From NCBI RefSeq assembly GCF_009914755.1, contig NC_060934.1: 64,000 nt of DNA. One strand, written 5' to 3'. Positions 1-11,265 of the stretch are shown one piece after another. This DNA is from the human T2T-CHM13v2.0 reference genome, Homo sapiens. The notes under the pieces are model-generated. The model saw only the letters and a list, made by a program, of their open reading frames with translations, was not told the origin of the DNA and searched no databases. A program made the position numbers and the translations under genes. Numbering within the stretch: position 1 is the stretch's first letter; the number at the start of each line of letters is the position of its first letter.

Positions 1-597
1 CAGTTTACAAATATTTTATCCCATTCCATAGGTTGCCTTCTCTCATAGGATTGTTTCCTTTGCTGTGCAGAGCTTTTTAGTTTGATATAGTCCCACTTGT
101 TTATTTTTGCTGTTGTTGCTTGTACTTTTGGTGTCATATCCAAAAAATGCATTGCCAAGACCAATGTCAAGGAGCTTGTTCTTGGCTGGGCATGGTAGCT
201 CATGCTTGTAATCCCAGCACTTTGGGAAGCTGAGGTTGGGGGGGTTACTTGAGCCCAGGAGCTCAAGACCAGCCTGGGAAACATGGCAAGGCCCCATCTC
301 TACAAAAATAGCAAAAAATTAGCTGGGTGTGGTGGCACCCACCATAGTCCCAGCTACACAGAGGCTGAGGTGGGAGATGGCTTGAGCCCAGGAGGTCAAG
401 GCTTCAGCAAGCCATTTCATGCCATTGCATGAACTCCAGCCAGAGAAGTCAGGGCTGCAGCAAGCCATGATTACACAACTGCACTCCAGCCTTGGTGATC
501 GAATGAGACTCTGCCAAAAAAAAAAAGAAAGAAAGAAAAAGAGAGAGAGATCTTGTTCTTTTTGCTTCTTTTAGGAGTTTTATGGTTCTAGGTCTTG
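1..597 (-). mobile_element. L1 (L1MA-type) ORF2 fragment; inverted 5' segment of the L1 at 598-1480, interrupted by an Alu
   Basis: Minus-strand translation DIGLGNAFF...KKLCTAKETI resembles the L1 ORF2 C-terminus (DIGMGKDFM...KSFCTAKET). L1 sequence resumes at about 551-597 after the Alu. Confidence 0.85.
184..550 (+). mobile_element. AluJ with a ~50-bp internal tandem duplication in the right arm
   Basis: GGCTGGGCATGGTAGCTCATGCTTGTAATCCCAGCACTTTGGGA start, J-type TTGAGCCCAGGAG, A/GA-rich tail, CTTGTTCTT on both flanks. Confidence 0.9.
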
Positions 598-1480
598 GCT
601 AAATAGATATATGAGAAGGTACTTAACATCACTAATCATCAAATGCAAATCAAAACCACAATGAGATATCACCTCACACTTGTTAGGATGGCTGTTATCA
701 AAAAGTCATAAGATAACAGGTATACAGTCATTATGGAAAACATTATAGCAGTTCCTCAAAAAATTAAAAAGAAAACTATTTTCATCATATGATCCAGCAA
801 TCTCACTTCTGGGTATATATCCAAAGGAAATGAAATCAGTAAGTCAAAGAGATACTAATATCTGCATTCCCATGTTGGTTGTAGCACTATTCACAATAAC
901 CAAGACATGGAAACAACAAAGTGCTGATAGATGAGTGGATAAAGAAATTGACATGCACACTCTCACACACATACACACACACAGACACACACAGAGACAC
1001 ATACATACACACTGGGATATTATTTAGCCTTAAAAAAAAAAAGGAAATCTTGCCTCTTGCAACAACATGAATCAAGCTGGGGGACATTATGCTAAGTGAA
1101 ATAAGCCCTACCCAGAAAGAAAAATAGTGCATGCTTTCACTTATAGGTGAAATCTAAAAAATTCAATTTCATAGAAGCAAAGAGTAGAATGGTGCTTACC
1201 AGAGGTGAAAGATGAGGGGAAATGGGAAGATATTAGTCAAAAAGTACAAAGTTAGTATGTAGGATGCATAAGTTCTAGAGAGCTAATGTATTGCATAGGG
1301 AGTATAGTTAGTATTGTATTCTAGAAATTTGCAAAGAAAGTAGATTTTAAGTGTTCTTACTACACACATAAAATGTTAATTAGCTTGACTGCAGTAATTT
1401 CCTATGTATATGTATTAATATATCAAAACATCACAATTTACACCTTAAAAATACAATTTTAATAAAAATTTTTTAAAAAA
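598..1480 (+). mobile_element. L1MA-type 3' end (ORF2 end and 3'UTR; L1MA9/L1MB1-like)
   Basis: ATGCAAATCAAAACCACAATGAGATATCACCTCACAC ([12 protein letters not shown]), GACATTATGCTAAGTGAAATAAGCC, terminal AATAAAA and A-rich tail. Confidence 0.88.
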
Positions 1481-1484
1481 ATAA

Positions 1485-1697
1485 CTTGTTTATTCAACAA
1501 ATACTTATTAAGCACCTATCATATGTGTTCAGGCGCTGCTTTATTTTATTATTTATTAATTTTTTTGAGGGAGGGTCTCGCTCTGTTGCCAAGGATGGAG
1601 TGTAATGGTGCACTCGCTGCTCACTGCAGCCTTGACTTCCTGGGCTCAAGCAATCCTCTTCCTGAGTAGCTGGGACTAAAGGCATGTATCATGTGCA

Positions 1698-1742
<45 letters not shown>

Positions 1743-2170
1743 GTAGAGATAGCTGTTGTCATGTTGCTGGGGCTGGTCTCAAGCTCCTGGGCTCAAGTGA
1801 TCCTCCCACCTTGGCCTCCCAAAGGGTTAGGATTATAGGTATAAGCCACCATGCCTGGCCTCTAGACTGTTTTGAATATTGTGCTAGGAGAACAGCCATG
1901 AACAAGACGGACAAAATTTTTGCCATTGCTGAGCCTACATATTAGTGGAGGAAGGTAGGAAATAAACAAATACATGTATATTAATTTCAGGTAGCAATAA
2001 ATGCTGTGAACAAAATAAGCAGGTTAAGGAGATAAAGAGTGATATGGAGTGGAATTATCTTACACAGGGTGAGCAGGGAAGATGTCTCTGAGGAGGAGGC
2101 CATAATCACAGAATTTTAAATGAAATAAAGGAGTGAGTCAGGTGAGTGACCGATGGAAAGAATTAGCAAA
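1485..2170 (-). mobile_element. L2 3' end, interrupted by AluJ
   Basis: TTCAACAAATACTTATTAAGCACCTATCATATGTG ... GTGCTAGGAGAACAGCCATGAACAAGACGGACAA is the typical antisense L2 terminus. Confidence 0.7.
1541..1860 (-). mobile_element. AluJ with linker expanded to T40
   Basis: GGGTCTCGCTCTGTTGCC...CCTGGGCTCAAGCAATCCTC...CCACCATGCCTGGCC; pure T run at 1702-1741. Confidence 0.92.
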
Positions 2171-2385
2171 TCAGCCATGATTTGGTAGATTGTTTTGTTT
2201 TTCTGGGAATTTTCCATTACCTATAAAATTATATCAGTGGATGCAAATTTATTTGGCTAGAAGTAAAGTTGATCTTGAATGTGAGATTAGGGCTAGAGGA
2301 AAAAGGAAACCAGGGTTTGCTGAGCACTTACTATGTGCCGGGGCTATACTCCCTGCTTTAAACAGGTTTGTTATGTCCTCTAATG

Positions 2386-2752
2386 CAGCAGTCCCCAACC
2401 TTTCTGGCACCAGAGACTGGTTTTGTGGAAGACGATTTTTCCACAGACTGGGAGGCGGGGATGGTTTCAGGATGAAACTGTTTCATCTCAGATGATCAGG
2501 CATTATTAGTTAGAGTCGCATAAGGAGCGGGCAACCTCGATCCCTCGCATGCGCAGTTCACAATGCGGGGGGGTGGGGGGGTGGGGGGGGGGGACGCACT
2601 CCTGTGAGAATCCAATGCTGCCACTGATCTGACGGGAGGTGGAGCTCAGGCGGTAATTCCGCAGGCCTGCCGCTCACTTCCTGCTGTGCGACCTGGATCC
2701 TAATGGGCCACGGACAGGTACCAGTTCATGGCCCGGGATTTGGGGACCCCTG
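2386..2752 (+). mobile_element. MER1B (hAT-Charlie) inserted in a MIR
   Basis: Termini CAGCAGTCCCCAACC ... TTGGGGACCCCTG; aged 8-bp TSD CTCTAATG/CTTTGATG; MIR sequence on both sides (about 2315-2385 and 2785-2890). Confidence 0.88.
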
Positions 2753-3346
2753 CTTTGATGAACCAACCAATCACGCTGTCATTTCTCATAACAGCCCAAT
2801 GAAGTTATTACTCTCCCAATGGGAAAACTGAGCCTTGAGAATTTTCAGCAACTTACCCCAAGATAGTTAGAGGCTGAAATGAAATTTTCCACCTATCTCT
2901 GGTAAGCTCTCCAGATAGTGCCAAAACACAACAGGACTATGTCCTGAAAAAGCAGTTCCCTTGCCCTTCATTAAATCTTTAAAAGGTATTAGCCCTCGTG
3001 TGGTCACTGAGGATGTATCCAAAAGCTCGAAACCTAAATTCTTCACCTACAACAAGCGTGGATTTCACCAACCTGAACTTGACCTTAACTTATAAGCAGA
3101 GAACTGCCCATACCTAGATTCACCCAGGGGAGATCTGGGATGCAGGCTTGATATTTTACCAACATTTCAGTTCCAGTATTCAGGGGCTCAAAGAATTTCA
3201 GCTCTTCTGCTTTGTGGGGAGCTTTCAGATCAGTTAGTGATTTTTTGAATGTGTAGTTTAATGGCAGATTGACAACATATGGGTTTTTGGCCACTTGTAG
3301 GAGGCATAACTACAAAGAAATATCACCTTTTAAAAGCTGTTCTTAA

Positions 3347-3455
3347 TCCAGGTGCAGTGGCATGTGCTTGCAGTCCTGGCTGCTCAGGAGGCCAAGGTGG
3401 GAGGATTCCTTGATTCCAAGAGTTTGAGCTCAGCCTGGGCAATATAGAAAAATTA
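3347..3455 (+). mobile_element. FLAM (free left Alu monomer)
   Basis: CCAGGTGCAGTGGCATGTGCTTGCAGTCC...GGAGGATTCCTTGA...GAGTTTGAG...CAGCCTGGGCAATATAG, single monomer. Confidence 0.8.
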
Positions 3456-3559
3456 TTGTTTAAACAAACTTACAAGGACATAATTGTAAAAAAGAGGGAG
3501 GGTCAACTAAGGAAACTATACTTATTTAAGATGCTGAAATATTTTGTTAAGAAAGGGCA

Positions 3560-3750
3560 TTACTTGAGACACTTCTATGTGCTGTTAAACCTTTTATATT
3601 TAATCTATGAGGTGGGTAATTTTATTCCCTGTACACAGATGAGAAATCCGAGACTTAGAAGTATTTTAAGTCACTTAACATTAGCCATCTAGCAAACTTA
3701 GATTTCAGCCCATCTGTCCAGATGTGCCAAAGCCTGTGTTATTTCAACTA
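3560..3750 (-). mobile_element. MIR
   Basis: CTATGAGGTGGGTAATTTTATTCCCTGTACACAGATGAGAAATCCGAGACTTAGA resembles the antisense MIR core. Confidence 0.65.
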
Positions 3751-5394
3751 AAGTGATTATCTCCGTTAGAATTTACTTTCAGAATTGGCAGCATGTTCAT
3801 TCAAGTAACTCCACTGGTAGCAGCTGATCATCCAAGGTAGATTTAATATTGGAGAGTCAAGTTCATTTGAAGTCAAGACCGAGTGGATGATCACATTGCA
3901 TGATGTCATTTTGTTACTTTGACTAGAAAAAAAAATGAGAGAGAAAGTCAGAACGACCTCTCATTCATCCTGCTTTCCTGTAGCCACAAATATTTTGTTT
4001 TACACAGTCAATCAGTGGGGTTGTTTTTAATGTAAAATTATTTGTTGAAATGTAACACAGTGATCTATCACCAATGACCTATACTAGCATTAACTTATTG
4101 GGCAGATTTTTCTGTTAGTGAGGAGAATCTGGAAAGAATAGGATACAGGACAGATGAGTTTTGTTGGTGGGGTTAGGATGCAGGAAGGTCAAGATTTAAG
4201 GGACTACTTGTGGGAGGGAGAATGGGGGTCCTGGGGGCTGGGGTGTGAGGGTGAAGAATAGAGAGGCTGGGGGTGGGGCAGAGGTTGAGAAGATTGGGGA
4301 GTGGAAGTGGGCAGTGTGGCAGCAATAGAAACCTGAGATACAGGATTAGACTCTGAAATGGTGCAGAAGGGGAGAGAATAGGCATAGGAAGCCTGCTTAA
4401 TAGTCTTAGGAAAGACAAGCACTCTGGGAGTAAAATATAATAAAATGTTACATAAAATTATACTTCCAGGAACCACTTAGTGACTTGGAAGAGGTCATAG
4501 TAACCTCGTTTGCCTCAGGGAGAGCTGAATATTTTTCTCACTCGATTCACCATGGAATTAACTCCAGCTAAAATATAAACCCCTCTGGTTTTTTTTGAAA
4601 ACTTTAATCACCTCCCTTATTCAAATGGAGTTGTGGCTATTGTGAAATGATGACCTACCTTTAACCCTATCCATCACCAATTACCAGCAAAGGCAAAGTA
4701 ATTAATAAATGTATGAATATGCTTTAATTTATTCAGGCTACTCAGCTTCATGAGATAGAGACATGAGAGCTTATCTGTTCAGTTAAATGTTTACTGAGAG
4801 CAAGTAAGTAAGTGTTAAATCACGGAATTTTAAAAACATACATGTGGAAACATGCATATCTTACCTTCAGTAGGGGATATTTCTCAGGATTGGAACTTCA
4901 ATACCACAGCCACACTCATTTATGTATCTATTAAAAGCAGCACCAATTTTAATGAGGCACCTAGAATGTTATAAAATGCCCGTGTATAATTAATTCAAAA
5001 TGCTCTGTGATTAAATCACATAATGACGCTTTGTGAGCATACATCAGCTTAATTGGGAGTAACGTAACTAAGAGATTGAGATCCAGAGTGCTGTAAATAA
5101 AAAAGCTGCTTGGGGCTCCTGCAGTGTAAATTTAGATCATCAGGAAATCTTGCAAAGGCCCCAAGGCTTGTTGTGGGTTAGCGGCCTCTCTCTGCTATGT
5201 GAAGACAACAGAAAGATTACTGAGTCTCCTAACTGGAAGGCCTGGTGCAGGTTTTGCGATTACTCCAGTATTTGCAGGGAGAGGACTTGTATGTCAGCTG
5301 ACTCAGTACTCAATAAGCTCCTCTAGGTTTGCAGTGGAGGAATGGGTATAGCACAGTCAGAGGCCCCTTGAGGTTGAGACATTTCACTTTTCAC

Positions 5395-5585
5395 TGTAGT
5401 GAAAAGAGTTCTGCATTTGAAGTATAACATATTTGACCTCAATAATTTTAGTTTCCTTATTTGTAAAATGGCCAAAATAAGACTTGCTTTGTAGAAGTTT
5501 TTGAGGATGGTCGGGGGTGGCGGGGGGGAACAACTCATGGAGTATCTGACACAGTGCCTGGCACATAGGAGGTATCAAATGCCAT
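5395..5585 (+). mobile_element. MIR
   Basis: AGTTTCCTTATTTGTAAAATGG core and ACAGTGCCTGGCACATAGGAGG 3' end. Confidence 0.65.
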
Positions 5586-7350
5586 TGGTTTTCCCATGCC
5601 CCCAGCACAGAGTATCCTGAACATTGTAAGAACAATAGATCATTGCTGATGTGACTGAAATGTGCCCATTGAGATGAATTCCCCAAAGGGGTGGCCTATA
5701 TTTCTAGTCAAAGACTGAAGGAACAAATGAAACTGAAATCTGTATTAAGACACAGTCAGGCTATGGCAATGGAGAAAACTGGAAAAACATCACAAGGTCA
5801 ATAGCAGTAGCAGCTCAACTACTGCTTTCCCATGAAGCGAACCCAAAACAGAGGACAGAAAAACAGACATGTGGCATTAGTTCTGCCATCTCTCCTTGTC
5901 ATGCTCATGCACCATTACTAACTGATCACAGACGTCTGCCCTCTCTACTCAGATGGGTCCTCAGACCCCTAACACAGCGTTCAGGCAGGCATTCATAATC
6001 GGTTTAGCATTGGCACTCGTGACAATGCCTATTTACTATTCTTGACAGAAGAATGCAGCCCATGGCCTGCCTGACCCTATCAGTTGAATAACAAAAGGAG
6101 AACAATTACTCCCTCGTCTGTCACCTTTCTGAATCCATCCTAGAGTAAGAGAGAAAAGAGCTCTGTTCCTTTCTCTTTGTAGAGTGATTTTCAGTCTGTG
6201 GGTTATTCCTTACACTTGATATTTGGATACCACTTTATAGTTTAGATATATTTTAAGGAATACTTAATCCTGACAATGACCATGGGTGAGAGGTAGGTCA
6301 CATATTACCCTCACTCTACATAGGAGAAAAACCAAAGCTCTGAGGAGCTAAAGAACTTAATCTAAGCTGAACTTATCCTGTAATTTGCATAGATGGAACT
6401 TGAAGATTGGAATGTTCATCTCCAAAATCTGGTAATTATTTGGATTACTCAGTAATTTGCTACAATTACTGAGTAGTCTCAGGGAGAAGACTATGAATAG
6501 TGAGCGTACACAAATGCATCATAGAGGAGACTTAGCAGGACCCTGTCCTAGGCGAGATACTACCAGCAATTGTACACAAGTGCAGCTTTGAGGGCACACC
6601 AAACAGTGGTAGCAGGAATCAGGCATAGGAAAGAGACCACTATGACTGGCATGGGAGGTGATGCAGGGAAGCTGGAGTGTATTAGGAAATGAGCAGGCCA
6701 GGAAGCTGGGCCCTCCAAGGGAACACTTCAAATGCCAGGCAAAACACATTACATCACTTTTTTCTTTATTGAGCTATAATCTGTGATTTTGTCTAAACCC
6801 TTTGTCTAAACCCTTCTTGTTCTGAGCTCCAACAATTTAGTTTGTCAAATAAGGTTACTGTCTAAATTTTTTTTGCCTTAGTCCTAAAAAAATACCTTTT
6901 AAGATTCAGGGTCTGAAAGAGAAACCTGATATTCTTAAATTGGCAAATATGTCTGTATCCTTTCCTCCTACTCCCCTTGTGACTTTCTATACTGCTTTAT
7001 CTTGGGGCCATCCATTGATCTTTCCTAGAAAAGAGAATACTGAATACATATTTAACACACAAAAATCAATAAGGCTCATACATATGAATCTCAGCAAGTT
7101 AAATTTTATAATGGAAGAAAACATATTTTTGCAACCATCAAAGAAAAAACATGAAATAACTAAAAACTAGGCTTAAACAACAAATGTGCAAGATTTGTGT
7201 AAAGAACGTTTTTAAATGTTAATGAGAGATTCAAAATATGAATTGACCAAATGAAAACATACTTTATTTTTAGAAAGACTCATAAATATATCAGTTTTCC
7301 TTCATTTAATGTAGGCAGTTAATATAATTATAATTAAAAGAGTACCAGGA

Positions 7351-7650
7351 TTTTTTTTTTTATTTTTTTGAGACAGAGTCTTGCTATGTGGCTCAGGCTG
7401 GAGTGCTGTGGCACTCTCTTAGCTCACTGCAACCTCTGCCTCTTAGGTTCAAGTGATTCTCCTGCCTCAGCCTCCTGAGTGGCTGAGACTACAGGCATGC
7501 ACCACCACACCTGGCTAGTCTTTGTATTTATTAGTAGAGATGGAGTTTCACCATGTTGGCCAGGCTAGTCTTGAACTTCTGACCTCAGGATGGTCCATCC
7601 ACCTCAGCCTCCCAAAGTGCTGGGATTACAGGCATGAGCCACAATGCCTC
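7351..7650 (-). mobile_element. AluS (Sx/Sz)
   Basis: Full antisense dimer: GAGACAGAGTC...CACCATGTTGGCCAGGCT...CCCAAAGTGCTGGGATTACAGG. Confidence 0.93.
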
Positions 7651-8002
7651 AAGAATTTTTTATTAGAGCTAGATAAACTGATAGAAAGCTCATATGTAAG
7701 AACTAGGAAGAAATAATGGCCAGGGAAAACTGTGAAATAGAAAAGTATTGAATGAGATATAATTGTATTGGATAATAAACTATGAAAAGATAGAAGTTAA
7801 AATAGTGTGGTACTGGCATATCAATAGACAGACAAATTAATGGGCTACAATTCAGTCCAGAAATACATCCAAATATATACATATTTAGTCTACAATAAAA
7901 GTGGCATTGCTGATCAGTGGCATAAAATGGATTGTTCAGTAAACATTTTTTAAAAAGTAGAGAAAGAAAAGGAAAGAAATCAGAGAAGTGCTAGAAGAAA
8001 AC

Positions 8003-8076
8003 GTGTGTGTGTGTGTGTGTGGTGTGGTGTGTGTGTGTGTGTGTGTGTGTTTATGGAGAGAGAGAGAGAGAGAGAG
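8003..8076 (+). repeat. Compound (TG)n-(AG)n microsatellite
   Basis: Read directly from the sequence. Confidence 0.95.
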
Positions 8077-8307
8077 TTTTCCTGTAACGCCCAGGCTGGT
8101 CTCAAACACTTGGGCTCAAGCCATCCTCCCGCCTCAGCCTCCTGAGTATCTGGAACTGCAGGCACCATACCACCATGTCTGGCTAATTTTTTTTTTTTTT
8201 TTTACAGATGGGATTTTGCTATGTTTCCCGGGCTGGTCTTGAACTGCTGGCTTCAAGCAGTCCTCCCATGTAGCTGGGACTATAGGCACAAGCCACTGTG
8301 CCCAGCT
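8077..8307 (-). mobile_element. Two tandem FLAM-like Alu monomers
   Basis: Both units read GGCTGGTCT(C/T)-AAC-CAAGC-TCCTCCC and lack the right-arm GAGTGCAGTGG insert; they are joined by a T run. Confidence 0.7.
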
Positions 8308-9696
8308 TATATACACTGTAGAGAGTGGAAAGCCTTGCTAACTATGACATAAAATCCAGTGATTATAAAAGCTATCAATACATTTATTTAAATAATGTTT
8401 TAATCTTCAGGAAAAAAATAACAAATAATGTTAAAATGGGCATCTAAGGAAAAGTATTCACATTATATATAAAAGAGAACAGACTCATTTTCCTAATTTA
8501 TTAGATATAAGAAAATATAAGAAAAACTAAAAGTTCAGTAGAAAAATTGGAAAATAATGAAGAAATAATTCATAGGAAGATACAGAATTTTTAAACATAT
8601 GAAAAAGTCCAGTCTCATTACAATAGAAATGGAAATTAAAACTCTAGTGATAGTTCATATCCACATATCAGAATGACAAGATAAAATAGTTTCATATTGC
8701 ATTGCATTAGTGAGGATATGAGGAGTAGTCCATTTTAGACATCAGGGATGAGATAGTGAACAATAAAATTCTTTGGAAGATAATTTGCAATATTTTTCAA
8801 AATTATAAATGCATATTCCCTTTATCTCAAAGATTCTACTTCTAAGAGTTTGTCCTACACATATACTAGTGCATATGGATACAAAATATGTAGAAACATT
8901 CATTTCATGATTGTTTATAGTAGTAAAATATTTAAGCAACCTAAATGTTCATCAGTATAGTACTGGTTAATTAAACTTGGTATGTGCATATAATAAAATA
9001 CTGTGTAGCTATTAAAATTTAAATGTAATGAGTTTTAAACATTAGCTTTGTTTTGAAAGCAAGGTCTCCTTTCTTCTAGGCAAAATCTCAAAAAGTTGTC
9101 AGGAGGATGGAAGGGACTATGAGTGGTGACTTCTCTCTCCAGTTAAATTCATTATAATAAAGAATAATTCAATAGAAGGATAATTCACTAAATTTTAGAC
9201 AGGCAGAGTGAATAGATTGTGGCTGCCCTTTAATGTACATCACTGAAAGTGAAAAAGGGAGGACATAAAAGATAGTTTTTCAGAAAAGTATGTTACGGAT
9301 AGGCATGTTTCTGGAAAATCTCTAAGGGGACACAAATGGAAAGTCCCTAGATTCAATTTGTGCAAGATGCTACGTGACTGTGACCCAGATGTAGAATGAG
9401 AGGGACTGCCTTGGTATGCTGTAGCAAAACATCAGATCCAGGACCCCAGGAAGTAGGTCTAGGGGCCATGGCTTACTGAGTAACACTTGCCTCACCTGCT
9501 GGCCTAAGATACTTCTGGGTGCTGATAAGAGTGGGAGGAGGGGCAGAAGTAAAAGTCTGGGAGCTCTTTTCAGGAGCTTCTTAGCTTTGGCCGATTCCTC
9601 ACCCCTCACTACTGTCACCACCCTGGAAGCATCCCTGTGAGGAACAGAGAGGGGACACTGTGGATCCATATTTGTGCAGCTATATCTGTTGACTAC

Positions 9697-9885
9697 ACTA
9701 AGGATTCTCAACCCTGTCTGCCCATGGGGAATCACTTGGGTTAGTGATAAGATTTGCCAGTGTTTAGCCTCCTCCACCAAGTGGTTCTAATCTAAATGGT
9801 CGAGGGTGGGACCAGGCATCGATGTTTGTTAAATGTTTCCCCAAGTGATTCTACTGTGCAGCCAGGTCTGAGAAGCATGGGACTG
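9697..9885. mobile_element. MER5A (hAT-Charlie)
   Basis: ATTCTCAACCCTG...GAATCACTTGGG ... CCCCAAGTGATTCTACTGTGCAGCCAGGTCTGAGAAGCA palindromic ends. Confidence 0.7.
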
Positions 9886-10474
9886 TGCTCTTCTGATATC
9901 TTTTTATTTACTTGTTTTTAATACTCAATAATGTTTGTGAGTAGAAATGTTTGGTGTTTGTGAGTTTTAGTTCTGCTATTCCTCAAGCTCATTTCGGTCT
10001 CTCACAAGGCTTAAGATGGAGAAAGAGGCAAAGAGAGGGAGAGAGAATCATTGGAGGAAAAGTCTGAAACAGAATGAAAAATAAATGGGGAGATAAATTG
10101 AAAGGGAAATGCTGAATTCTTCACTTCAAACTCACTCCAGAATCTTTGAGCATAGGATCTAAAAGTTTGCAGTTTACACACTTCTCAGCTGAGTTTTATG
10201 CACACTTGAAGTTGGAAAGTTCTGATCTATTGGGAGATACATTAACAATACAATTAATGACAGAAAAAAAGGGATTGGTGCCAACTGGTGAAGGGTGATG
10301 GGACAGAGGGATCATTGTCAAGGAGATTCAGACTATGCAGAAGAATAGGCTGCTTGGATTTTGCACAAACAACCTATGAAATTGGGGGCTTTATGTGAAA
10401 ATCAAAACCTAACTGCATCCACTTTTCAATGGCAAATGTACCTGAGTTGGGCATTTAGAATGAAATTTATCAGT

Positions 10475-11265
10475 GACACCAATCATTGGATTTAGAGTCC
10501 ACCATAATCTGGTATGATTTCATCCTAATTTCATGAAATTTTCAAAGATCCTATTTCCAAAGGTTGAATTCACAGGTACCAAACTTAAGATTTTGTAGGG
10601 GCAGGAAAATGTGATAACTTTCCTCACCCATTATAAGGGTCATAGCTGACATTCCTTTAACAAAAGGCAGATTAACAACAAAAAAAATGCATAACAAATT
10701 CATTTAATCAAAGTTTTACACAACAAAAGAGACTTCTGAAATTATGACCAAAAGACCCAGGGAAAACTGTTTTTATGCTTAGTTTTGATGAAGAATGGAC
10801 AGCCATGTAGAAATGTGATTGGGCAAAAGGGTATGATCTAATGGTAATAAACTGAGGTGGAGAACCTAGCAAGGCCCGTCCAGATTCTTCTCAGCCTCTC
10901 TGAATAGCATTCTCTTTCTACCCAGGTATGGGGCAGAACCCCTCTAGAATGAAAGTCTTCAAGGAAGAAAGGAGAAGAGAGAGACCTTTTTAGGTTTTAT
11001 GGCTTGCTTTAGGAGAAAAGGGTTCCAGTTTTTATGACCCACCTTGGAGAAGAGAAATTCTAGTTTCTATGACTTGCTTCAGAGGTGAAAGAGAGGCTGT
11101 AAACAGGAGGGCAGGAGAAGGTCAGAGAGACCTTGCTTCTGAGGCCCTTCCAGTGTCCTAAAGTTTGAAGTACTCAGCATGCTGAAGTGCTATACTTCGG
11201 GTCTTCTTGTTCTGAGCTCCAACAACTTCAACATATCTGTGTGGGGGACACAATTCAACCTTTAC
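10475..11265 (-). mobile_element. MLT1 LTR fragment hosting a nested ERV1 LTR
   Basis: CATTGGATTTAGAGTCCACCATAATC...CCTATTTCCAAAGG..., resuming ACTTCAACATATCT...GGGGACACAATTCAACC. Confidence 0.75.
10594..11224 (-). mobile_element. ERV1 solo LTR (MER67/MER31 group)
   Basis: TG...CA ends. Minus strand starts TGTTGGAGCTCAGAAC...GCATGCTGAGTACTTCAAACT...GGCCTCAGAAGCAAGGTCTCTCTGACC. 4-bp TSD ATTT/ACTT. Confidence 0.8.

Larger units (their letters stand above)
7150..9020 (+). mobile_element. Ancient L1 (L1ME-like) ORF2/3' region, interrupted by Alus
   Basis: Degenerate L1 motifs GTGTGGTACTGGCAT...TAGACAGACA, AACCTAAATGTTCATCAGTA and GTAGCTATTAAAA; strongly A-rich strand. Confidence 0.7.
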
